Of a stretch of DNA of 64,000 bases, positions 29,462 to 38,700 are shown in pieces. Numbering within the stretch: the stretch's first letter is position 1; every line of letters starts with the position of its first letter. The DNA lies in contig OZ246419.1 in NCBI GenBank assembly GCA_965231135.1, forward strand, positions 184,754 through 248,753, read 5' to 3'. This DNA comes from an uncultured Gammaproteobacteria bacterium. GTDB lineage: Bacteria > Patescibacteriota > Microgenomatia > UBA8517. A program made the position numbers and the translations under genes. The notes under the pieces were generated by a model that was not told the origin of the DNA, did no database searches, and worked only from the letters and a program-made list of their open reading frames with translations.

Positions 29462-30796
29462 ATGACTGGAAACGAAGTTCGTAAAAAATATTTAGAGTTT
29501 TTTGAAAAACGAGGACATAAAATAATTAAACCTGCTCCGCTTGTTTTGAAAGACGACCCAACTACTTTGTTTACGTCAGCTGGAATGCAACCATTAGTTC
29601 CATATCTTTTGGGTAAAGCTCATGATGAAGGTAAACGATTAACAGATTCTCAACCTTGTTTTAGATCTCAAGATATTGAAGAGGTTGGTGACAATCGACA
29701 CGATACGTTGTTTGAAATGCTTGGGAATTGGAGTTTAGGAGATTATTTCAAAAAGGAGCAAATCCCCTGGATTTGGGAATTTATTATAAAAGAACTTGGA
29801 CTTAATCCTGAAAATATTCATGTAACACTTTATGAAGGAAATGAAAGCGTACCTAAAGACGAGGAAACATATAAATTGTGGAGAGAATTGGGAATTTCTG
29901 ATGAAAGAATTCATTATTATAAAAATAAAAATTGGTGGAGTATTTCAGGGCCACCTGAAAATATGAGAGATGGAGAAGTAGGAGGACCTGATAGTGAAAT
30001 CTTTTTTGAGTTTGAAAACGTAAAGCACGATCCGAAATATGGTAAAGAATGTCATCCTAATTGTGACTGTGGTAGATTTTTGGAAATTGGGAATTCTGTT
30101 TTTATCCAGTACAAAAAGGTTGACGGGAAACTTGTAGAGCTTCCAAATAAAAATGTGGATTTTGGAGGAGGACTTGAGAGATTAACTGCTGCAACAAGTA
30201 ATGACCCTGATATTTTTAAGTCAGATTTATTTTGGCCTGTCATTGAAAAAATAGAAGAGCTTTCTGGTAAGAAATATGAAGATTATCAATCTTCAATGAG
30301 AATTATTACAGATCACATTAAGGCTTCAACATTTTTGATTGCAAACGGGGTCACCCCAAGTAATAAATTGCAAGGATATGTTTTAAGAAGATTGCTGCGA
30401 CGTGCGGCTCTTCAAATGAGAAATTTAAATATTGATTTGTCTCAAAAAGATTTTAATGAAATGTTTGTTATTGTAGAAAAAGTTTTTGATATTTATTCTT
30501 TATATTTGGATAAAAAAGATTTGGTAAAAGTGCAAGCTGAAATAACTTCTGAACTTGAAAAGTTTGGAAGAGCTTTGGAAAACGGAGTCAAAAGGATAAA
30601 TAAAACTGATATTAAAGATATAGATGAAAAATTTGCATTTGATTTGATGCAAAGTGAGGGATTTCCATTTGAAATCACACAAGAGTTGGTTGGAAAAAAA
30701 GGAGTTAATTTGGATAAAAATAAATTTGAAGAAATGCTTCGCGAACATCAGGAGCTTTCAAGGAAATCTTCAGAGGATAAATTTAAAATTAAATAA
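29462..30796 (+). CDS. alaS: alanine--tRNA ligase, aminoacylation domain only
   Basis: DPTTLFTSAGMQP, FEMLGNWSLGDYFK, VDFGGGLER, GYVLRRLLRRA; ends at 444 aa. Confidence 0.93.
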   Translation: MTGNEVRKKYLEFFEKRGHKIIKPAPLVLKDDPTTLFTSAGMQPLVPYLLGKAHDEGKRLTDSQPCFRSQDIEEVGDNRHDTLFEMLGNWSLGDYFKKEQIPWIWEFIIKELGLNPENIHVTLYEGNESVPKDEETYKLWRELGISDERIHYYKNKNWWSISGPPENMRDGEVGGPDSEIFFEFENVKHDPKYGKECHPNCDCGRFLEIGNSVFIQYKKVDGKLVELPNKNVDFGGGLERLTAATSNDPDIFKSDLFWPVIEKIEELSGKKYEDYQSSMRIITDHIKASTFLIANGVTPSNKLQGYVLRRLLRRAALQMRNLNIDLSQKDFNEMFVIVEKVFDIYSLYLDKKDLVKVQAEITSELEKFGRALENGVKRINKTDIKDIDEKFAFDLMQSEGFPFEITQELVGKKGVNLDKNKFEEMLREHQELSRKSSEDKFKIK

Positions 30797-30816
30797 GTTC
30801 TGCTACAATGAATTAA

Positions 30817-32916
30817 ATGCAAGAGTACTTCTGGTCTTTATGTGTGGAGATAAACTCTCTTCAGGCTGCTATCTGGACTGTAAAAGACGGCAGTGCTCAG
30901 ATTGTTTGTACCTCAAATCCAGTAGTATATGAAGATGATGAGACTTTGGTGAAAGCTGCCGATGAAGTTTTATCAAACTGCGTACAACTTCTTCCTGAGG
31001 AAATTGCAGAACCGACAAAATGTGTCTTTGGAGTTTCAGCATCTTGGGTTGTTGATGGACAAATTGAAAAAGCACATCTTGAGAAAATAAAATTAATTTG
31101 CAATAAACTTTCTTTAACTCCAACAGGATTTGTAGTTTTATCTGAGGCAATTTCTTATTTTGAAAAATCAACGGAAAAAACTCCGCTTTCGGCAATTTTG
31201 GTGGGAGTTTATGCGCAGAGTATTGACGTCACGATATTTCGCCTTGGAAATTTAACAGGCTCTGTCAATGTTGCAAGAAGCACGAGTATTACTGACGATG
31301 TTACTGAAGGACTTGCAAGATTTGAGAATGGAGATGCGTTGCCTTCTAGATTTTTGGTTTATGGAAGTAATGACGGGGATTTGGAAGAATTTAAACAGGA
31401 GCTAATTAAAGCTGACTGGGAGCGTGCGAATGAAAATATTAAATTTTTACACACCCCACAAGTGGAAATTTTTAATACCACTGCAAAAATGGCGGCAATA
31501 AGCCTTGCTGGAGCTGCCGAGACAGGAACTGCAACTGAAATTGTTTTTGAGCAAGCCCTGGAAACTGCGAAAGAAAATAAGCCTGAGATGCTTAGCGAAG
31601 ACATCAATAATGTGACAGAGCCTGAAAGTAAAAAGAGTTTGTTCGAATCCGAATTCGACAGTGTTGATCCTGCATCGCTTGGATTTGGAAATGGCTTTAA
31701 TACAACTCCACAAGAAGTAAAAGAAAACATTCAAAATACAATTCAGAATTTTGAACCGCAAGTAATTAAAAATAAAATGCAGGACTTTAAATTGCCGAAA
31801 TTTAAAAACACTAGAATTTTAAAAGAAAACTTTTTGTTTGTAGGAGTAATAGCTTTGTTTTTTATTTTGGTAATTGGATTTTGCTATGTATGGTTTGTTC
31901 CAAAAGCAACAGTAACAATTTTCATATCTCCACAGAAAATAAATGAAACAAAACAGGTGAAGTTTGATACTAATGCAAGTGGAGTTAATGCAAGTACACT
32001 TACAATTCCTGCGAAAATTGCAATAGCTTCTGTCAGTTCTTCAAAAACAAAAAGCACAACTGGAACGACAGTTGTTGGAACTCCATCTAAAGGAAGCGTG
32101 ACTTTTTATAATGTGGGAGGTTCGACAACAATTTCTGCTGGGACAACTCTTTCTGCATCAAGCCTTAATTTTAGTTTGGATAATGATGTACAAATAGCGA
32201 GCGCTTCGGGAGCGGCAGCGGCTTCTTCTGCAAACGGAAATATAACAGCCCAACAAGTTGGTGCTGATTCAAATTTGGCAAGCGGAACTTATTTTACTGT
32301 AGGAAATTTTTCATCAAGCCTTATTCAGGCAAAAAATGGAAATGATTTGGCAGGAGGAAGCAGCCAGGAAGTTGCCGCTGTTTCAAGCGATGATGCAACT
32401 AGCCTTCAAAACGATTTGAAACAAGATCTGACAACAAACGGAACGAATAATTTGAAATCGCAACTGAATGGAGGAAATTTACTGATACCTGACTCTGTAG
32501 CTTTGACAATTAGTTCTTCGACTTTTGATAACAAAGTGGGAGCACAGGCAAGTACTGTAAAATTAAATGAAAGTGCAAAAGTTACTGGAACAACTTTTAC
32601 AAAAAGCGATATGAATAATTTGGCAAAACAAATTTTTGCAAGCGAAATTCCTAGCGGCTATACATTAACTGATGACGCAATTGATTATCAGCCAGGTAAA
32701 ACATCGACACAATTTATAATTAACTTGCTGCCTGTGACTGATGCAAACAAAATTAAACAGGAAATTTTAGGAAAGAATATAAATGATTTGAAAAATGTTT
32801 TGGGAAATATACAAGGGCTTGAGGATGTACAAGTAACGGGGACTCCAAAATTATTGCAGCTGCCCTTCTTGCCCCATGTAGTTGATCATATTACAATTCA
32901 GTTTGTGGCGAAATGA
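30817..32916 (+). CDS. CPR-type membrane protein: cytoplasmic actin/FtsA-like region, TM, baseplate-J-like beta-rich ectodomain
   Basis: CVFGV..SWV..G.I, TM, PKATVTI, GSVTFYN...GTTL...GADSNL...GG pattern. Confidence 0.55.
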   Translation: MQEYFWSLCVEINSLQAAIWTVKDGSAQIVCTSNPVVYEDDETLVKAADEVLSNCVQLLPEEIAEPTKCVFGVSASWVVDGQIEKAHLEKIKLICNKLSLTPTGFVVLSEAISYFEKSTEKTPLSAILVGVYAQSIDVTIFRLGNLTGSVNVARSTSITDDVTEGLARFENGDALPSRFLVYGSNDGDLEEFKQELIKADWERANENIKFLHTPQVEIFNTTAKMAAISLAGAAETGTATEIVFEQALETAKENKPEMLSEDINNVTEPESKKSLFESEFDSVDPASLGFGNGFNTTPQEVKENIQNTIQNFEPQVIKNKMQDFKLPKFKNTRILKENFLFVGVIALFFILVIGFCYVWFVPKATVTIFISPQKINETKQVKFDTNASGVNASTLTIPAKIAIASVSSSKTKSTTGTTVVGTPSKGSVTFYNVGGSTTISAGTTLSASSLNFSLDNDVQIASASGAAAASSANGNITAQQVGADSNLASGTYFTVGNFSSSLIQAKNGNDLAGGSSQEVAAVSSDDATSLQNDLKQDLTTNGTNNLKSQLNGGNLLIPDSVALTISSSTFDNKVGAQASTVKLNESAKVTGTTFTKSDMNNLAKQIFASEIPSGYTLTDDAIDYQPGKTSTQFIINLLPVTDANKIKQEILGKNINDLKNVLGNIQGLEDVQVTGTPKLLQLPFLPHVVDHITIQFVAK

Positions 32917-33575
32917 TTAAGAAAAAAAGAATTAAAATAATTGGAGCTGTTTGCGGATTTTTGGGATTCATTGTGATTGCATGGATTTTCTACCCAATTG
33001 TTGCTTATCAAATTAATGCACCAAAATTAATGACTTTTTTGTCCCCGATTGCACAAGCTGACGGTGTAATAAACACAGATGCAAATATTAATGATACTGA
33101 TGCTGCCACCTGGTTTCCGACTAAAGCTTCTAATTTATTTACAAATGATCCTGTTTCTTTTTATACAATTACAATACAAAGACTTGGAATAGTTAATGCA
33201 AAAGTTGCGATTGGAGGAGAGGATTTGTCACAATCTTTGATTCAATACCCAGGGACTGCGCTTCCCGGGCAAATAGGTAATACAACAATTTTTGGGCATA
33301 GCGTCTTGCCTGCTTTTTATAACCCTAAAAATTATTTAACAATTTTTTCTACAATTCCAACTCTTAATGAAGGAGATATTATAACGGTCAATTATGATGG
33401 AATAACCTATAAATATAGCGTTGAGCAAAAATATATAGTGGATCCGTCTGACGTGCAAGTGCTTTCTCAGGATGAAAGTGATTCGTTTTTGACTTTAGTT
33501 ACTTGTGTACCTCCCGGGCTTACAACTTATAGGGGAGTAATTAAGGCAAGGATTATGCCAGTAGGAGAGAATTAG
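32913..33575 (+). CDS. sortase
   Basis: N-terminal TM, YPGTALPG..GNTTIFGHS, LTLVTC..., R catalytic triad. Confidence 0.9.
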   Translation: MIKKKRIKIIGAVCGFLGFIVIAWIFYPIVAYQINAPKLMTFLSPIAQADGVINTDANINDTDAATWFPTKASNLFTNDPVSFYTITIQRLGIVNAKVAIGGEDLSQSLIQYPGTALPGQIGNTTIFGHSVLPAFYNPKNYLTIFSTIPTLNEGDIITVNYDGITYKYSVEQKYIVDPSDVQVLSQDESDSFLTLVTCVPPGLTTYRGVIKARIMPVGEN

Positions 33576-33576
33576 T

Positions 33577-33960
33577 ATGATAATAGCTTTTGATTTTGGA
33601 TTAAAAAAAGTTGGAGTTGCAATTGCCTCTTTGAAATTGGCAGAACCGCTTGTGGTGATTAGATATGAAACTCAGGAAGAGCTATTTAAAAAATTAAAAG
33701 AACTAATAGAGAAGGAAAAACCAGAAACGGTTGTTGTTGGTTTATCTGAAGGAATAATGGAAGAGAAATCAAAAGAGTTTGGAGATAAAATTTTTGAAGT
33801 GTTTAATATTCCGGTGAGATTTTCAGATGAAACACTTTCAACTCAAGATGCACAGAATTTATCGCTTGCAGCGGGATTAAAGAGGAAAAAAAGAAAAGAA
33901 ATGGAAGATGCTTATGCAGCAGCAGTGATGCTACAGAATTTTATTGATTTGAACTTATGA
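33577..33960 (+). CDS. ruvX: YqgF/RuvX pre-16S rRNA nuclease
   Basis: IIAFDFGLKKVGVA, VVVGL, DETLST, EDAYAAAVMLQ. Confidence 0.92.
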   Translation: MIIAFDFGLKKVGVAIASLKLAEPLVVIRYETQEELFKKLKELIEKEKPETVVVGLSEGIMEEKSKEFGDKIFEVFNIPVRFSDETLSTQDAQNLSLAAGLKRKKRKEMEDAYAAAVMLQNFIDLNL

Positions 33961-34481
33961 AGATTAGCTTTACACCTAAATCTCAAGATCGTAGAATTGT
34001 TGAGGCATTTGAAAGCTATAAAGACATTTGGAATAAAGATGGTTATAGAATTATTTCTTCAATAGAAAAAGTTACTGGGCTTAAATTTTCAAAAGATCAT
34101 TTAGAAGCTACTATCATTGATGGGCCAACTAGTCATTCTCATCCTTTACAACTTTCTTGTTTTGGTATTGATAAGGGAAGAAAAAGAACATTAATGCATG
34201 AATTAGGACATATTATTTTGGATGATAATGAAATTGATGTGCTAGCGGATAATGATGAAGACTTGAGTTTTGTAAATCACAAACTTCTTGATTTGGTTTT
34301 ATTTGATATTTTTTGTGAGTTTTATAACGGTGATGAGGAGATTGCAAGGCAACATGTTGAAAGAGATAAAGAAATTAATCCTCAATATTATTCGGATGCT
34401 TGGGATTGGGCATTATCTATGAATAGAGAAGAGAGACAAAAGTTATTTGCAAAAGCTCGGGAGTCTAAGAGATTCCCATAG
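33957..34481 (+). CDS. hypothetical HExxH protein
   Basis: LMHELGH; ATGA overlap with ruvX. Confidence 0.6.
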   Translation: MKISFTPKSQDRRIVEAFESYKDIWNKDGYRIISSIEKVTGLKFSKDHLEATIIDGPTSHSHPLQLSCFGIDKGRKRTLMHELGHIILDDNEIDVLADNDEDLSFVNHKLLDLVLFDIFCEFYNGDEEIARQHVERDKEINPQYYSDAWDWALSMNREERQKLFAKARESKRFP

Positions 34482-34528
34482 AAGTTTAATGGTTGCATAA
34501 GGATTTCAATTTGTTAAACTACATTAAT

Positions 34529-34732
34529 ATGTTTAAGAATGTAATTGCTCCAATACAAGCATGGCTCCTTTCTCAAGGGAAATGTGTGGGATGCGGAACT
34601 CCGCTTTCTGAAGGCTCAAAGAAAAAATTTAAAGGGGATAATGAGCAGGTAACTTGCAAGAAATGTGGACGTATTTATGTTCATGAAACAAAAACAAACA
34701 AATATCGCCGAGCACTTCTTTCTGAAGTTTAA
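34529..34732 (+). CDS. small zinc-ribbon protein
   Basis: CVGC...CKKC; TTGCAT-N16-TAAACT upstream. Confidence 0.7.
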   Translation: MFKNVIAPIQAWLLSQGKCVGCGTPLSEGSKKKFKGDNEQVTCKKCGRIYVHETKTNKYRRALLSEV

Positions 34733-34750
34733 ATAGTTTATACTCTTATC

Positions 34751-35704
34751 GTGAAGAAGTTAATTCTACTTTTTTTGGCCTTTATAATTGTAATTGTTAT
34801 TGCCGGTTTCTGGTTTGTTAATGGTCTTACTCCAAAAGATAATAATTCGCAAACAAAAAGATTTGTGATTGATCAGGGAGAAACAGCAAGTGCAATAGGA
34901 ATTGATTTAGCCAAAAATAACTTAATAAAAAGCGCGACGGCATTTAGAATTTATTCGCAAGTTACCCAAACTGCCAGAAAAATTAAACCTGGATCTTATG
35001 ATTTGAGCAGTAATCAGTGGGTGCCACAAATAATTGCCAAGCTTTTAAATGGGCCGACAGAAATTTGGGTAACAATTCCTGAAGGACTTCGTAAAGAAGA
35101 GATTGCTGAGAAGTTTACTGACTTTGATAAATTTAATAAACAGGAATTTTTAAATTTGACTAAAAATGATGAGGGATATTTATTCCCTGATACATATTTA
35201 CTTCCAAGAGATGCTACAGCAAGCACAATTGTGAAGATAATGACGGATAATTTTAATAAACAATACACAGAGGCAGCAAAAAATAAAACCAATCCCCTTT
35301 CTAAAAATGATATCGTGATTTTGGCCAGTATTGTTCAGAGAGAAGCGATAACTGCCGAGGATATGCGAGGAGTTGCATCAGTTCTAATGAACCGTTACAA
35401 CTCTGGAATGTCGCTTGGATCTGATGTGACCTTGGAATATGCACTTGGACAACAACCGGACGGAGGCTGGTGGAAAAAAGATCTAACAGTTGACGATTTG
35501 GCTTTAGATTCGCCTTACAATACAAGAACGAATGCCGGATTTCCGCCGACACCAATAAGTAATCCAGGATTGGTTGCTTTGGAAGCAGCAGCAAACCCAC
35601 CGAACACTTCGTATTTATATTATTTGTCAGATTCTGATGGAAAACTTCATTTTGCTCAAACCTTGGAAGAGCATAATGCCAATATACAGAAGTATTTACA
35701 ATAG
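34751..35704 (+). CDS. mltG: endolytic transglycosylase MltG
   Basis: TIPEG, EGYLFPDTY, LASIVQRE, SPYNT...PPTPISNPG. Confidence 0.95.
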   Translation: MKKLILLFLAFIIVIVIAGFWFVNGLTPKDNNSQTKRFVIDQGETASAIGIDLAKNNLIKSATAFRIYSQVTQTARKIKPGSYDLSSNQWVPQIIAKLLNGPTEIWVTIPEGLRKEEIAEKFTDFDKFNKQEFLNLTKNDEGYLFPDTYLLPRDATASTIVKIMTDNFNKQYTEAAKNKTNPLSKNDIVILASIVQREAITAEDMRGVASVLMNRYNSGMSLGSDVTLEYALGQQPDGGWWKKDLTVDDLALDSPYNTRTNAGFPPTPISNPGLVALEAAANPPNTSYLYYLSDSDGKLHFAQTLEEHNANIQKYLQ

Positions 35705-35708
35705 GGTG

Positions 35709-35736
35709 TTGACAGACTTCAAAATACATGTATAAT
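35709..35736 (+). promoter_or_regulatory. sigma70 promoter of rpoBC
   Basis: TTGACA-N16-TATAAT. Confidence 0.8.
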
Positions 35737-35778
35737 CGACCTTAGGTCTACTTGGAGTGTAGACATAATTCTCGTCTG

Positions 35779-38700
35779 ATGGCAAATAAACAAAATCGCC
35801 GCAATTTTGGCAGAACAGAAAACAATTTACCTGAGCTTGATTTGTCTTTGGTTCAAAGACAATCTTGGGATTGGTTTTTAAAAGAAGGAATTTCGGAAGA
35901 ACTTACAAATATTTCTCCAGTTGAAGATTTTGCAGGAAAAAATTGGGAACTTTCTTTTGGTAAACATACTCTTGAAGCCTCTCAAGTTACCCCAAAAGAA
36001 GCAAGAGAAAAAGGAATAACATACTCAACTCCATTTAAAGTCGAAACAACACTCACAAATAAAAGAACAGGAGCATCTGTCACACAGGAAGTTTTCTTTG
36101 GAAATATTCCACAAATGACAACTGTTGGAACATTTATTATTAATGGAATTGAAAGAACTGTTATTAACCAAATCGTTCGAAGCCCAGGAGCATATTTCTC
36201 AGGAACTTTGGATGCAGCAAGCGGCCGTATGCTTTATAAAGCAGAAATAAGACCACTTCATCACGGAAGCTGGCTTGAATTTGAAACTGGACGAAACGAT
36301 GTTATTTCAGCTCGCATTGATCGACGCCGAAAGGTAAATGCCGCAACCATACTTCGCGCTCTTGGAATTTATTCAAATGATGAAATTACAAGAATTTTTG
36401 CTGATGTGAATAAAGACGGAAATCATAATTATGTACAAAAGACTATTGAAAAAGATCCAACAAGAACAAGAGAAGATGCACTTCTTGAAATTTACAAGAA
36501 ACTTCGACCTGGAGAACCAGCTCTTTTGGATAATGCAGAAACACTTTTCCATAACCTTTTCTTTGATAACCGCCATTACGACTTAGGAAAAGTTGGAAGA
36601 TATAAAATTAATAAGAGATTAGGACTTAATGTTGAAAATAATAAACAAAACTGGGTACTTACAAAAGATGATATTGTCCAAACACTTCATTATTTAATTG
36701 GACTTCAAAATGGAATTGGACGAGTTGATGATATTGACCATCTTTCAAACAGACGCCTTCGATGTGTCGGGGAACTTGTTGCAACTCATGCATTTCGTAC
36801 AGGACTTTTAAGACTTGAAAGATCTATAAAAGAGAAAATGTCTTTGGTTTCTCAAGAAGAAAAACCAAATCCATCAGCTTTAATTAACGCAAGACCATTA
36901 ATCGCTTCTTTGAATGAATTTTTCAGAAGCAATCAGCTTTCAACAATACTTGATAATACAAATCCACTTTCAGAAATAGATAATTTACGAAGAGTATCTG
37001 TTTTAGGACCTGGAGGAATTAATCGAGAACGTGCGAGCTTTTCAATCCGAGACGTTAATCCTTCTCAATATGGAAGAATTGATCCTGTCAGGTCTCCAGA
37101 AGGAATGAACATTGGACTTGTTACTTATTTAACTCTTTATGCACGTGTAAACGAATTTGGATTTATTGAGACACCTTACAAAAAAGTTGATAATAGAAAA
37201 ATTACTAATGAAATTGTTTATTTAACTGCTGACGATGAAGAGAAATATTACATTACTCACAACGGAATTAATATTGATGACAGCGGAAAAATAACAGACG
37301 ACAGAGTTGCTATCCGATATGCAGGAAACTTTACAGAAGGATCTTCAAAGTTGGTTCAATATATCGATTTGACACCAAGGCAGGTATTTGGAGCATCTGC
37401 ATCTTTAATTCCTTTCCTTGACCACGATGAAGGAAACCGTGCTCTTATGGGAAGTAACATGCAATGTCAGGCTGTTCCACTTGTTGCGCCAAGCTCACCA
37501 GTTGTTGGAACAGGAATGGAAGCGACTGTTGCCTCTTCAATGGGAAGAGTTGTAAAAGCTGAATATCCAGGAACTGTTTCTTTTGTTGATGCAGACAAAA
37601 TTGAAATTAAACTTGATAAGCAAAGCTTGTCAGCTAAAGCTGATAAAAAATTGCCTGACGATGCTGTTTTGTCTAGAGATGGTAAAACAATTACTTATTA
37701 TTTGACTAAATTCTGGAGAACTTCACAATCAACTTGTTATAACCAGAAAGCTAAAGTAGTTCTCGGACAGAAATTAAACCCTGGAGACTTAATAATTGAT
37801 GGACCTGCTACAGAAGACGGAGAACTTGCACTGGGTCAAAATTTAGTTGTAGCTTATGCATCAATTTCCGGATACGGATTTGAAGATGCAATTTTGATTT
37901 CTGACAGAATAGTTAAGGATGACCTACTTACTTCAATTAACATTCGTGAATATACAGCTGACGTTGTTGAAACAAAACTTGGACCTGAAGTTGTTACAAA
38001 AGATATTCCAAACGTTTCTGAAGACCAATTAGCTAATTTGGCAAGTGATGGAATTGTTGTTGTCGGAGCTGAAGTTCATCCAAATGACATCTTGGTCGGA
38101 AAAATTGCACCAAAAGGTGAAATGGAACTTACTGCAGAAGAAAGACTTCTTCGTGCTATCTTTGGAGAGAAAGCAAGAGAAGTCCGAGATACATCACTTC
38201 GAGTGCCACACGGAGAAGAAGGAATTGTTATTGATGTACAAGTACTTAGCAAAGAAAAAGGAGATGAACTTGCACCTGGAGTAATATCTTCTGTAATTGT
38301 TAAAGTTGCACAACTTCGTAAAGTAACTGTAGGAGACAAAATTGCAGGGCGACATGGAAACAAAGGTGTTATTTCAAAAATAATGCCTGAAGCTGATATG
38401 CCTTACTTGCCAGATGGAACTCCAGTTGATTTGGTTATATCACCTCTTTCGGTACTTGCTCGTATGAATCTTGGACAATTACTCGAATGTCATTTGGGAT
38501 GGGCACTTGATAAGAATCATTCGAAAGCAAGCGTACCTGTCTTTGATAAGATTCCAGAAAGCAAGATTCACGATGAACTTAAAGAGGCTGGACTTCCAGT
38601 TTCTGGAAAAACAAGACTTATTGATGGAAGAACTGGAGAGGCACTTTCTGAAGATACAGTTGTTGGAATTGGATACATCATGAAGCTTAAGCACATGATT

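Noticed and set aside
30817-32916. Prophage or contractile injection system
   Set aside because: No other tail, sheath or capsid genes; the context is housekeeping.
34481-34732. GAAGTTTAA 9-bp direct repeat around the zinc-ribbon gene
   Set aside because: Short and AT-rich, so likely chance; there is no other sign of mobility.
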